From Chthoniobacteraceae bacterium (GTDB taxonomy: Bacteria; Verrucomicrobiota; Verrucomicrobiia; Chthoniobacterales; Chthoniobacteraceae), in NCBI GenBank assembly GCA_031409335.1, contig JANNWY010000253.1, positions 1 to 21,927 of the forward strand: a stretch of DNA of 21,927 bases, in the 5' to 3' direction. Under the pieces are notes generated by a model that searched no databases, was not told where the DNA came from, and saw only the letters and a list, made by a program, of their open reading frames with translations. Positions 1 to 9,800 of the stretch are shown piece by piece. Each line of letters opens with the position of its first letter. Within the stretch, counting starts at the first letter, position 1. Position numbers and translations under genes: made by a program.

Positions 1-141
1 CGAGTTGACCGATGGGCTTCCCAGTAGCCATCAGCGCGACGGCCTGCGCTTTGAACTCGGCTGTGTATTCTTTGCGTTCTTTGGTTTTCATTCTTGTTCC
101 TTCTTTTAGTGGGTTCCGGTCCAAGAATCTAGCGCACCTCA
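1..141 (-). mobile_element. IS3-family insertion sequence, left end (runs off the window)
   Basis: The minus strand from 141 reads TGAGGTGCGCTAGATTCTTGGACC (5'-TG end typical of IS3), then a purine-rich RBS (AAGAAGGAACAAGA) and an OrfA-like start. Confidence 0.85.
2..91 (-). CDS. IS3 transposase OrfA, N-terminus (partial)
   Basis: Hand translation from ATG at 91: MKTKERKEYTAEFKAQAVALMATGKPIGQL, matching the R.x.YT.EFK..AV start of the IS3 OrfA HTH. Not in the ORF track. Confidence 0.85.
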   Translation of the reverse strand, partial: MKTKERKEYTAEFKAQAVALMATGKPIGQL

Positions 142-3100
142 CTCGTCGATCATCCGCACCTTCCACGACTGGTCGTCGCGGCGGAGGTTTTCGAGGTGGT
201 GATCGCCGTTCACGTAGATCACCGCGTATTCCAGGTCGCGGGTGCTGTAGCCTTGTTTGGTGAACCACTCGTTCAGCGCCTCGGCCTCCACCTTCGCCGT
301 GTTGCGCCAGAGGATGAGGACGCGCTCGCCTTGCGGGTTCGTGCCGTCCACCACGCAGACTTCGCGGATGAAATCCGTGTGGCGCACGGTGAGGCCGAGC
401 AGCCAGTTGAAGGTCTCCACGAGGTCCACATTCACCGGGCGCGTCTCCCCGGCGGTGCCGGTGGCGGTTTGCAGCGTGTAGGAAAACGGGTCGGTGAAGG
501 CGCTTACATTCAGCAGGCTCGGGCTGCCCTGCGTCTCCAGCTCCAGCATGTAGCCGAGCGTGTATTCCTCGCGCACGGCGGGGCTGGCGGCTTGCAGGGC
601 CAACTCTTGCGCCTCGGGCCGGCGGGCGGGGAGGCGCAGGTTGTTCAGCGTGTCTTCGTAGCTCTCCAGCCGGAGCACTTTGCAGGCATGGCTCACGCCC
701 GTGTTGCGGCTCTGCGGTTTGCCCTCCTTCCAATCCTTCGCGTAAATCACTTTCTTCAGCCGCGGCACCAGCACGGTGTCGAAATGCTCGCCCATCTCCA
801 CCAGCACGTATTTCCGCGTGCCGTTGTCCTCGCGGTTTTGGGAAATGACCGCGTGCCCCGTGGTCCCGCTCCCTGCGAAGAAGTCCAAGATGGTGTCTCC
901 GGGCGTTGTAGCATGGAGAAGTATGTCTCGAATGAGTTCCGGTGATTTTGGGCCGACAAAGGAGACATCAGGTAAGGTTTTCCTAAGTTCCTTTATGCCT
1001 CGATCAGATGAGTATTTGCTGCCGAACCAAACAGATTTCGGTTTGGATGTCCGCTCCTCCCCGTCCGTTTCAAGATAAACGCGATATGACGCATTCCACC
1101 TCCCTGTCTCACGAACTTGGATGCCTTCGATGATTTCTAAATTCTTTCTGACAGTTGCAACACCCCAGCGCCAGCAGCCATCCGAGCCATCTGACCGCTT
1201 GGGGAGTATTTCCACATCGGACGGGGAATTGCGCTCAAGAGTCATCCGCTTGCCTCCCTCATCCCAGAACAAGGGAAAATACAATTGGGGTCTTAGCTCG
1301 CGGGAATCGTTGCCTCCACGTTTTCTGAGATCGCGAAGTTGGTATTTTTCACCCCGCTCATCTTCTTCGCTGTATGCCTCGACTTGGTCGTCCGTAAGTG
1401 GAAAGCCGTTCGAGTCAAAGTCCGGCATCGCAAACAACAGCAAGTGTTCGTGTGCAGTAGCGACGTGGTCTCGATCCTGCCGACCCTTGAAATTATTTAC
1501 CAGAGCGATGTCTGAGACAAAAGACTCCGAAGGCAGTGCTCGAGTCATCGCCCAACGAAGGTTGCACACTTCGCGGTCATCAATGCTCGCCCATATACTG
1601 CCTGACTCCCGAACGAGTTGCCGCAATGCGAAAAGGCGTTCTTGAATCATTGCCAGCCAAGAAGACGACTGAAAGGAGTCTTTATAGGCAAATCCGTTGT
1701 TCCCGGTGTTATACGGTGGATCGAAATAGCAGGCATCGATCGACCCTTTTTCGCGAGTGGTGATGAAACTCATGCCGTTCGCATTTTCCGACTGAATCAC
1801 CGTCCCGCCCAACGTCGCCCCTTCATTTTCAATCCCCGCCATCACCTTCCGCCGGAACTCCTCGCCGAAGTTCCGCGTGTCCAATGGCAGCGAGAGGTTC
1901 TCTTTCAAAAACTCCACGGTGAGCGGCTCGCTGTAGCCGGTGCGGCCGAGGTCGGCGGCGATTTCATTGAGCGCAAGCAGGCGCACCCATTCCTCGCGCT
2001 GCGCGGCGCTGGCGGCGACTTCCTGGAGGAGCGCGGCGGGCAGGCGGTCGAGGGTGATGAGGTAGTCGCAGCGGGTGACGAACTTCTTTTTGAGCCAGAG
2101 CTTTTTCTGGAAGTCCTCGATCTGCGCGAGGAAGCGGATGACGCGGTGGGCGATGGCGCGGATGGCGCGGAGCCGGGCCTGCTGCTGCCGCCAGTCCGCC
2201 TCGGGCGCGGCTTCGAGGTCGTCGAGGTGGAGGACTTCGTTCTTGATGAAGAAATCCAGCTCGCGCCGGAGGAAGCCGCCGAGGTCCTTGTGGATGAAGT
2301 AGTCGAAGGTGTTGCGGGCGGTGTAGTCGGCGAGGTGCTTCTCCAGCAGGCTGCGCTGCTTGTTTTTCTCGGTGGGGCGCAGCGCGGCGATTTCCGCGAA
2401 GGGGCCGCGGGCGCACTCGGCGAGAATCTTCTGCACGGCCTCGCGATTGAGCGTGGCCTGGTCCTTGGCCTTCTTCTTTTTCCCGGCGGCGGTCGCTTCG
2501 CCACTTTCTGCTCCGGCCTCCTCGCCGGGGGCGTCGTCGCTTTCACCCAGCGCCCGGTATTCAAACCCGAGCACGAGCGCCTCCGTCGTCTGCCCGACGA
2601 CGCCGGTGTGGATGAAGCGGCGCTCTTTGCCCGCGACGGCTTTGTTGTTGTCGCGCTCGGTGTCGGCCTCGGTGAGCTTGAAGGTGACGCGGGGCCTCGC
2701 GTCCGCTGCGCCATCCTTCGGCGCGGGGCCGAGACGGAAGGTGTAGTCGCGGAAATTCTCGGCGGACTTGATGTAGAACTGATCGGCATTCGCCCAATGC
2801 AGCTTCACCTCCTCGCCCTCGTAGGGGATGGCGCAGGTGTCGCGCTTGTAGCGGCGTAGCGAGAGGAAGTCGCCGTCCTTGTAGTAGCGGGAGAAGAAGG
2901 TGGCGAGGTGGGAGAAGATTTCATTTTCCAGCTCGAAGGTATTCCCGCCGGCACGCGCAGCCTCCTCCATGAGGCGGAGGAATTTCGGGTTCGTAGCCGG
3001 GTCCACTTCCGCGGCGACGAGCTGGGCCTTCAGCTTCTCGGCCTCGGCCTGCGCGGTGGAGGATTTGTCGGCGAGCAGCGACTTAATGATGGCCTCGACC

Positions 3101-3246
3101 TCGGGCTGAAGCCCATCGAGGAACCGCCCCACCTCGACGCGCCGTGCGTTCAGAATCCGGTAGATGCCGAAGTCCAGCTCCGCCGCAGCATCGAACTGGA
3201 AGAGTTCGGCGAGTTTGGCGCGGAGCTTTTGGGATTGGGCGGACAT
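139..3246 (-). CDS. mod: Type III restriction-modification methyltransferase (Mod, beta class), probably C-terminally clipped by IS3
   Basis: 1035 aa. Catalytic DPPY (YFDPPYNTG) precedes SAM-binding FAGSGTTG, with a variable TRD between. Long N-terminus with LDFGIYRI, GEEVKLHWANADQFYIKS and DYFIHKDLGGFLRRELDFFIKNE. The stop codon at 139-141 is the IS terminus. Confidence 0.9.
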   Translation of the reverse strand: MSAQSQKLRAKLAELFQFDAAAELDFGIYRILNARRVEVGRFLDGLQPEVEAIIKSLLADKSSTAQAEAEKLKAQLVAAEVDPATNPKFLRLMEEAARAGGNTFELENEIFSHLATFFSRYYKDGDFLSLRRYKRDTCAIPYEGEEVKLHWANADQFYIKSAENFRDYTFRLGPAPKDGAADARPRVTFKLTEADTERDNNKAVAGKERRFIHTGVVGQTTEALVLGFEYRALGESDDAPGEEAGAESGEATAAGKKKKAKDQATLNREAVQKILAECARGPFAEIAALRPTEKNKQRSLLEKHLADYTARNTFDYFIHKDLGGFLRRELDFFIKNEVLHLDDLEAAPEADWRQQQARLRAIRAIAHRVIRFLAQIEDFQKKLWLKKKFVTRCDYLITLDRLPAALLQEVAASAAQREEWVRLLALNEIAADLGRTGYSEPLTVEFLKENLSLPLDTRNFGEEFRRKVMAGIENEGATLGGTVIQSENANGMSFITTREKGSIDACYFDPPYNTGNNGFAYKDSFQSSSWLAMIQERLFALRQLVRESGSIWASIDDREVCNLRWAMTRALPSESFVSDIALVNNFKGRQDRDHVATAHEHLLLFAMPDFDSNGFPLTDDQVEAYSEEDERGEKYQLRDLRKRGGNDSRELRPQLYFPLFWDEGGKRMTLERNSPSDVEILPKRSDGSDGCWRWGVATVRKNLEIIEGIQVRETGRWNASYRVYLETDGEERTSKPKSVWFGSKYSSDRGIKELRKTLPDVSFVGPKSPELIRDILLHATTPGDTILDFFAGSGTTGHAVISQNREDNGTRKYVLVEMGEHFDTVLVPRLKKVIYAKDWKEGKPQSRNTGVSHACKVLRLESYEDTLNNLRLPARRPEAQELALQAASPAVREEYTLGYMLELETQGSPSLLNVSAFTDPFSYTLQTATGTAGETRPVNVDLVETFNWLLGLTVRHTDFIREVCVVDGTNPQGERVLILWRNTAKVEAEALNEWFTKQGYSTRDLEYAVIYVNGDHHLENLRRDDQSWKVRMIDE

Positions 3247-3306
3247 GAACGAAGTGCGTGGAGAAAACAGGAAGGCGGAGATTTTGGGAAGGCTGGCGGC
3301 GCGGTG

Positions 3307-6183
3307 CTAAATGACACTCCAGCGGACGGTAAAAAGTGTTTCGTGGGTCGTGCGTTGCGTCAGGCGTTTCTCCAAATCGCCGATGAGCCGGTCGCGCTTC
3401 ACGATGATCTCGTCCTCGATCTCGAAGATGCGCTGCCGCTGGCGGCGTTTCTCGCGTTCAAGCTGCGCGATCTTTTGCTGAATGCCGTGCTGCTCCTCGG
3501 TGGTCTGCGCCACCCGCGCCGCCCGGTTCTGCGCGGTGATGGCAGCTTTGGTGTCGCGCAATTCTTTCTCCGCGCCCTCGACGGCATCATCGGCCCAGCG
3601 TTCCAGCTTGTCGCGCTCCTCGCGGAAGAAGGCGTTATTGCGTTCCAGCGAGGCGCTGATCGTGGCGTCGCGATGCCGGGCGGATTCGCGCTCAAGGCGC
3701 TGAGTGGCATCGGCAGCGAGTGAGGATGCGCGCACTTCGCCGTCGCACTGGAAAAGCTTTTCGCACGTCTCCTGATCGAGCGTGGCACCCCCGTCGGTGA
3801 AGCCGCTGAAGAGCAGGTATTCCTCGGTGCCGAGGGATTCGACGACCAAGCGGGCAAGAGTGACGCAGCCGGACTGGCCTTTGAGCGCTTCGATCAGTGC
3901 GATGCGCGTGGGGTGCGCGCTGATGCTGAGCGCGATCTCGGCGACAGGCGTGTCCTGCTTTTTCCCGGTCTCGATGACGAACTCGCCGAGTGGATGGGAA
4001 AGCCGGTAGAGAAAATCCGGCGGCACTTCTGGCGCGTTGGCGGCGCGGGTCTTCGAGATGAGGTGATACGTTCCCACGCGCAGGCCGGGAAACGGCGGGC
4101 GCGGAAGCTCGAAGGCGAGGACGGGATCATCAAAGACGGCGCACTCGCGGAGAATGAAATGGGTGAGCCGCCAAAAGAGCGCGCTGGTGCGGTCGAGCTG
4201 GGCGCGGGCGTCGGCGAGTTGGCCGCGGAGCCGGGCGTGAACGTCTTCATCGAAATGCTCCAGCAGAGCGCGGCGCGTCGTCGCCATGCGGCTCTGGATG
4301 GTGGCGTCCATTTCCTCGCGGAGCTGGCGGAAGGCCGTTTCGATTTCCTCCTGCGTGCGGCACGTCTGATAGATGTGCAGGATGCGCTTTTCAAAATCCA
4401 CGCCGTCCTCGATGGAGCCGAGCACTTCATCGGACGCGCCGAAGACGCCGGTGAAGAGCTGGAACTTGTCGCGCAGAAGCTCGAACACGCGCTGGTCGGC
4501 GGCGTTGGTGGCGTTGAGGAAATTGATGACGACGACATCGTGTTTCTGCCCGTAGCGATGGCAGCGCCCGATGCGCTGCTCGATGCGCTGCGGGTTCCAC
4601 GGCAGGTCGTAATTGATGACGAGCGAGCAGAACTGAAGGTTCACGCCTTCGGCGGCGGATTCGGTGGCGAGGAGAATCTCGGCATGGTCGCGGAAGTGTT
4701 CGAGGATGGCTTGGCGTTTGTCGGCAGTGGGCGAGCCGCTGAGTCGGCCGAGCGGGCGGTTCGCCGTGACCCATCGCTCATAAACCGCCTGCTCCTCAGG
4801 GCCGCCGCCGCTGCCGTTGAAGATGGCGATCTTCCCCATGTAGCCGTTGGCTTCGAGGAAGTTTTTCAGGTAGTCCTGCGTGCGGCGTGACTCGGTGAAG
4901 ACGACGGCTTTGCGGGCCGCGCCGGACATCTTCTCCATTTCATCGAAGCCGGTGCGCAGGGCCGTGAGCAGGGAGCGCGTCTTGCCATCAATCTGGATGG
5001 AGTGCGCCCAGGTCGTGAGTTTTTCGAGTTCGCTGATTTCCTCGCGGATGACTTTCGGATCGGGCGCTGATTCGTCGGCAACGGCGTCCGGCTCGTCGAG
5101 CAGGTCGGATTCTATTTCGTCCGAGTAGGCGTCCGCCATTTCCTCGGCGAGCAGCAGTTGCTCAGCGATCGGCTCAGTTTTTGGCAACCCGGCGAGAAGA
5201 TCTTCGAGTCGCCGGCGGATCGTTTCGAGCGTGCCGGTGACGGCGTAGCTCGATGACGCGAGCAGCTTGCGAACGACGAGTGTAGTCAGCTCGCGCTGCC
5301 TCGCGGGAATGGCGTAGGTTTCCTCGCGCTGGAGGAATTTCGAGACGGCATCGTAGAGCTTTTGCTCATTCTCATTTGGCGTGAACGGAACCGTGATGAG
5401 CTTGCGCTGCGTGTAGCGCACGTATTCGAGAACCTGTCCGCGCAGTGTGCGGGTGCAGAAGCTTTTCAGACGCTCACGGAGTTCGCCGTGGTCGCCTTCC
5501 TTCGTGGCATAGCGAGCGCGGAAAGTGCCGGGATCGCCGAAGATGTTTTCGTCAATGAGCAGCGAGAGACCGTAGAGTTCGACGAGCGAGTTTTGCAGCG
5601 GCGTGGCGGTGAGCAGCAGCTTCCGCGTCTGCTTGAGCGAGCCGAGCAATGACTGCCCGATCTTATTGCTGGCCCGGTAGCAGCCTCGCAGCTTGTGAGC
5701 TTCATCAATGACCGCCAAATCCCACGGCACGCCGAGCAGGTCCCGCTCAACTCGCCGGGCAAACTGGTAAGACATGATGATAATGCCCGCCTGATCCAGC
5801 GGCTCCGGGTTGCCCGCTTTTTTGGCCGTCGCGCAACTGCGCGCATCCAGGATGATGGCGCGCAGGTTAAACTTTTCGGCCAGTTCGAGACTCCATTGTT
5901 TGCGCAGCGAAGCCGGGCAGATGACGAGGAGCCTCCGCCTTTTCTCAGCCCAAAACTGGCAGAGCACGAGGCCCGCTTCGATGGTCTTGCCAAGCCCGAC
6001 TTCATCGGCGAGCAGCACGCCTTTTGACAGCGGTGATCGAAGCGCAAAAAGCGCGGCTTCGATCTGGTGAGGATTGAGGTCCACCGCCGCATCGAAGAGC
6101 GAATGACGAAGTTGCTCCAAGCCGCTGCCAGATCGGCGCGTCAATTCGTGGGCGAAGTATTTTGCGTGATACGCAGTGGACAT
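3307..6183 (-). CDS. SNF2/RapA-like SF2 helicase (ATPase)
   Basis: 958 aa. Motif I LLADEVGLGKT, motif II DEAH, motif III LTATP, motifs V/VI EGVNLQF and YDLPWNPQRIEQRIGRCHRYGQ, then a C-terminal coiled coil. Ends 60 bp upstream of mod on the same strand. Confidence 0.92.
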   Translation of the reverse strand: MSTAYHAKYFAHELTRRSGSGLEQLRHSLFDAAVDLNPHQIEAALFALRSPLSKGVLLADEVGLGKTIEAGLVLCQFWAEKRRRLLVICPASLRKQWSLELAEKFNLRAIILDARSCATAKKAGNPEPLDQAGIIIMSYQFARRVERDLLGVPWDLAVIDEAHKLRGCYRASNKIGQSLLGSLKQTRKLLLTATPLQNSLVELYGLSLLIDENIFGDPGTFRARYATKEGDHGELRERLKSFCTRTLRGQVLEYVRYTQRKLITVPFTPNENEQKLYDAVSKFLQREETYAIPARQRELTTLVVRKLLASSSYAVTGTLETIRRRLEDLLAGLPKTEPIAEQLLLAEEMADAYSDEIESDLLDEPDAVADESAPDPKVIREEISELEKLTTWAHSIQIDGKTRSLLTALRTGFDEMEKMSGAARKAVVFTESRRTQDYLKNFLEANGYMGKIAIFNGSGGGPEEQAVYERWVTANRPLGRLSGSPTADKRQAILEHFRDHAEILLATESAAEGVNLQFCSLVINYDLPWNPQRIEQRIGRCHRYGQKHDVVVINFLNATNAADQRVFELLRDKFQLFTGVFGASDEVLGSIEDGVDFEKRILHIYQTCRTQEEIETAFRQLREEMDATIQSRMATTRRALLEHFDEDVHARLRGQLADARAQLDRTSALFWRLTHFILRECAVFDDPVLAFELPRPPFPGLRVGTYHLISKTRAANAPEVPPDFLYRLSHPLGEFVIETGKKQDTPVAEIALSISAHPTRIALIEALKGQSGCVTLARLVVESLGTEEYLLFSGFTDGGATLDQETCEKLFQCDGEVRASSLAADATQRLERESARHRDATISASLERNNAFFREERDKLERWADDAVEGAEKELRDTKAAITAQNRAARVAQTTEEQHGIQQKIAQLEREKRRQRQRIFEIEDEIIVKRDRLIGDLEKRLTQRTTHETLFTVRWSVI

Positions 6184-6214
6184 TCTGGATGCGGGGCCAG
6201 CGGGAGGCTAGCCA

Positions 6215-6472
6215 GTGGACTCCGACGCGCTCAATCTCCAAACGCGGCGATTCCGGCGCGGGTGGACTCGCTTTGCGCCCGTCTGCAATCGCCTTGCCGC
6301 CAGCGATCCCGCCAATGCCGCGTGGCAGCGCGACTTGTGGGTATCCTGCTGGCGCTGGCGGATGGCCCACGATACACTCGCCGGGATGAAGCAGCGCGGT
6401 CTCTTTGTCTCCACGGCGGACGAGGGTTTCCTGGCGGGAATCCGTGAAAAGCTGGTCCTCCCCACCGAGTAA
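6215..6472 (+). pseudogene. C-terminal relic of a TPR-repeat protein
   Basis: RLAASDPANAAWQRDLWVSCW matches the recurrent TPR unit rLa..DP.na.wQRDL.vs. No credible N-terminus or RBS, and it starts about 30 bp from the divergent helicase start. Confidence 0.65.
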
Positions 6473-6693
6473 TCGCCCTGGCCACCGATCCCAGGCCGGG
6501 GTCCGCTCCGGCGTCATGCAAAGTGCGCCGCCAATGATCGCGGGGAGCGCACCTGATTTTCACAAAGATTGTTCCCGATCGCCGCGAGCGGTAGCCGCGA
6601 TCCTTGATGAAATCAAGGCCGGTTTTTCATCGATGCATGGCAAGCATTTTTCTGAAAAAAAGTTTTACCCGTTCGCCACATTTTTCTTCGCCG

Positions 6694-6782
6694 ACCCCAC
6701 ATCTTGTGGTTTTATTTCGATCCGCGCCCAATATGGAGTGGTTGCTCCCAGGAATTCACAGGGAACTCACAACCTATTGGGC
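6694..6782 (+). promoter_or_regulatory. NrdR boxes upstream of nrdJ (two clear, one probable)
   Basis: ACCCCACATCTTGTGG (6694-6709), GCCCAATATGGAGTGG (6726-6741) and TCACAACCTATTGGGC (6767-6782) vs consensus acaCwAtATaTwGtgt. Start-to-start spacings are 32 and 41 bp. Confidence 0.75.
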
Positions 6783-6831
6783 GGGTTCTCGCCACTTATT
6801 CACCCGTTACTGACCGATTCACCGACCTGCC

Positions 6832-9800
6832 ATGCTCAAGCTCAAATCCAACCGCCGCACTGCGCGCCCAACCTCCGTCGAGAGCGCCTCTCGACGCCCC
6901 AGCAAAACCGCCAAAGGACTCAAATTCGCCCGCGTTTTCAGCAACCCGGCCATCGCTCCCTTCGATGAAATCGAATGGGAACTGCGCACGGCGGAGATCA
7001 CCGACGACACGGGGAAGGCGATCTTTAAGCAGGAAAACGTCGAAGTCCCCAAATCGTGGAGCCCGCTCGCGACGAAGATCGCGGTGTCGAAGTATTTTTA
7101 CGGCGACGTCGCGAACGGCTCGGACCCTTACAAGAACGGGCGCGAGCGGTCGGTGAAGCAACTCGTGCATCGCGTGACGCGGACGATCACGGATAGCGGG
7201 ATCGCGGATGGGTATTTCGCGGACAAGGCGAGTGCGGAGACTTTTTACCAGGAGCTGACTTGGCTGTGCGTGAATCAATACGGTGCGTTCAATTCGCCGG
7301 TTTGGTTCAACGTCGGGCTTTGGCACCAATACAAAGTCGGCGAGGGACGCGGGGAGGGAAATTTTTACTACGATCGGAAGGCTGGCGAGGCGCGCCGCGC
7401 TCCGACGCAGTATGAATATCCGCAGGGCAGCGCGTGTTTCATCCAGTCGGTGGACGATGACATGGAGGACATCATGCGCCTGGCGTTGAGCGAGGCGATG
7501 CTTTTCAAATATGGCTCGGGGACGGGCAGCGATCTTTCCACGATCCGCTCGACGCGCGAGAAGTTGAGCGGCGGCGGCAAGCCTAGCGGCCCGCTTTCTT
7601 TCCTGAAAATCTACGACCAGGTCGCGGCGACGGTGAAGTCCGGTGGCAAGACGCGGCGGGCGGCGAAGATGAATACGCTGAAGGACTGGCATCCCGATAT
7701 TCAGGAGTTCATTGAGGCTAAGACTAAGGAGGAGAAGAAGGCTTGGGCGCTGATCGAGCAAGGCTATGACGGTAGCTACAATGGCGATGCCTATGGCTCG
7801 ATCATGTATCAAAACGAGAACCTCTCGGTGCGCGTGAGTGATGAATTCATGCAGGCGGCGCTCGCGGGTCAGGAGTGGTGGACGAAGCGCGTGACGGACG
7901 GGCAGCGTTGCGAGAAAAAGGACGCGGGCACGCTGCTGCGCAAGATCGCCGAGGGCACGCATGTCTGCGGCGATCCGGGGATGCAGTTCGATACGACGAT
8001 CCACAAGTGGCATACCTGCAAAGGCACGGGCCGGCAGAATTCCACGAACCCGTGCTCGGAGTATCTCTTCCTCGATAACACGGCGTGCAATCTCGCTTCG
8101 CTGAACTTGCTGAAGTTCAAGAAGGCCGACGAGACCTTCGACGTGGAGCGCTTCAAGGCGGCGGTGCGCATCTTCATCACCGCGCAGGAAATCATCGTCG
8201 ATAACGCCAGCTACCCGATCAAGGAGATCGCGGAAAACTCGCACATTTTCCGAACGCTCGGCCTCGGCTACGCAAATCTCGGCGCGCTCATCATGAGCTA
8301 CGGCCTCGGCTACGACACCGATGAAGGCCGCGCGCTGGCTGGTGCGATCACCGCGATCATGACCGGGCACGCCTACGAGCAATCGGCAAAGATGGCATTG
8401 GCCGAGGGAGCGTTCCCCGGCTACCGCGACACGCGTTGCAGCGGCGTGACCCATACGACCGATACGTCGAACGAGTCCTATATGCTCGAAGTCATCGGCC
8501 AGCACCGCGCCGCGGTCGCGGACATCCAGGAGAGCGATCGTTTTGGCTATCTGAAAGAAGAAGCGCAGCGCTGCTGGGATGGCGCGCTCGCGCTCGGCAA
8601 AAAGCACGGCTACCGCAATGCGCAAGTCACCGTGCTCGCGCCGACGGGCACCATTGGCTTCCTCATGGATTGCGACACGACGGGCATCGAGCCCGACATC
8701 GCGCTCGTGAAATACAAGCTGCTGGCCGGCGGCGGCATGTTGAAAATCGTGAACCAGACGGTGAAGCCCGCGCTGCTGAATCTTGGCTACGACACCGCGG
8801 ACATCGAGCAGATCATCTCGCACATCGACAAGTTCGACACGATCGAGGACGTGCATGACGAGCACACTGGCGCGATCATTTTCAGCGGACTGAAACCCGA
8901 GCATCTGCCCGTCTTCGACTGCGCCTTCAAGCCGCACCAAGGCACGCGCAGCCTGCACTACCGCGGCCACATTCGCATGATGGCCGCCGCGCAGCCCTTC
9001 CTCAGCGGCGCGATTTCCAAGACCGTGAATCTCCCCACCGACGCCACCGTCGATGACATCGTGAACACCTACGTCGAAGGCTGGAAACTCGGTCTGAAAG
9101 CGATCGCGATTTACCGCGATGGCTCGAAGCGCAGCGCGCCGCTGGCCACGAATAAAAAGACCCATAGCACCGCCAGCTCCGACACCGCGATCTCCGACTT
9201 CGACGGCGTGCTCAACGAGCAGGCTGCGCTCGAAACACGCATCGTCGATCTTGAAAAAGAACTCGTCGCCCTCCGCGCAAAAGTCGGCGAACCCGTGCGC
9301 CGCCGGATGCCCGAGACGCGCGTCGCGATCAATCACAAATTCGAAATCGCCGGTCACAAAGGCTACCTCACCGTCGGCATGTTTGAAGATGGCCAGCCCG
9401 GCGAAATCTTCATCCAGATGAACAAGGAAGGCAGCACCATCGGTGGCCTCATGGACACCGTCGCCACCCTCACCAGCATCTCGCTGCAATACGGCGTGCC
9501 GTTGGAAAGCCTCGTGAAAAAGTTCGCGTATCAGCGCTTCGAACCATCGGGTTTCACCAAGAACCCAGACATCCGCAACGCCACCTCAATCACCGACTAT
9601 GTCTTCCGCTGGATCGGCTGCCAGTTCATCAAAGGCTACAAGGAAGCCACCAGCCCGAACCGCGGCCAAGTCGATCTGCCGATGAAGGAACTCGGCGAAA
9701 TCGACCGCAAAGCCATCAATCGCCCCGTGCCTGAACTGGAACGCGAAAACGCGAGCGTCATCGACGTCATCGGCCACACGAATGGCAACGAAGGCCGCCC

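Noticed and set aside
139..3246. Phase-variable mod (phasevarion)
   Set aside because: No simple-sequence repeat tract seen in the gene or its leader.
139..6183. DISARM or BREX assignment
   Set aside because: The methylase has type III Mod architecture, and no drmABC, pglZ or brxC genes are in the window.
6602..6618. Perfect palindrome CCTTGAT-GAA-ATCAAGG resembling an FNR box
   Set aside because: FNR sites are TTGAT-N4-ATCAA and the spacer here is 3 nt. It could be another operator or a weak terminator, but nothing else supports either.
6473..6831. Cobalamin riboswitch upstream of the B12-dependent nrdJ
   Set aside because: No B12-box or other conserved riboswitch elements seen; NrdR boxes explain the leader.
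6796..9489. 897-aa ORF antisense to nrdJ, and similar long antisense ORFs (1618..2859, 3913..4890, 11011..12270, 13274..14254, 15667..16788, 18796..20268)
   Set aside because: Shadow frames of well-supported genes in GC-rich DNA, with no recognisable motifs.
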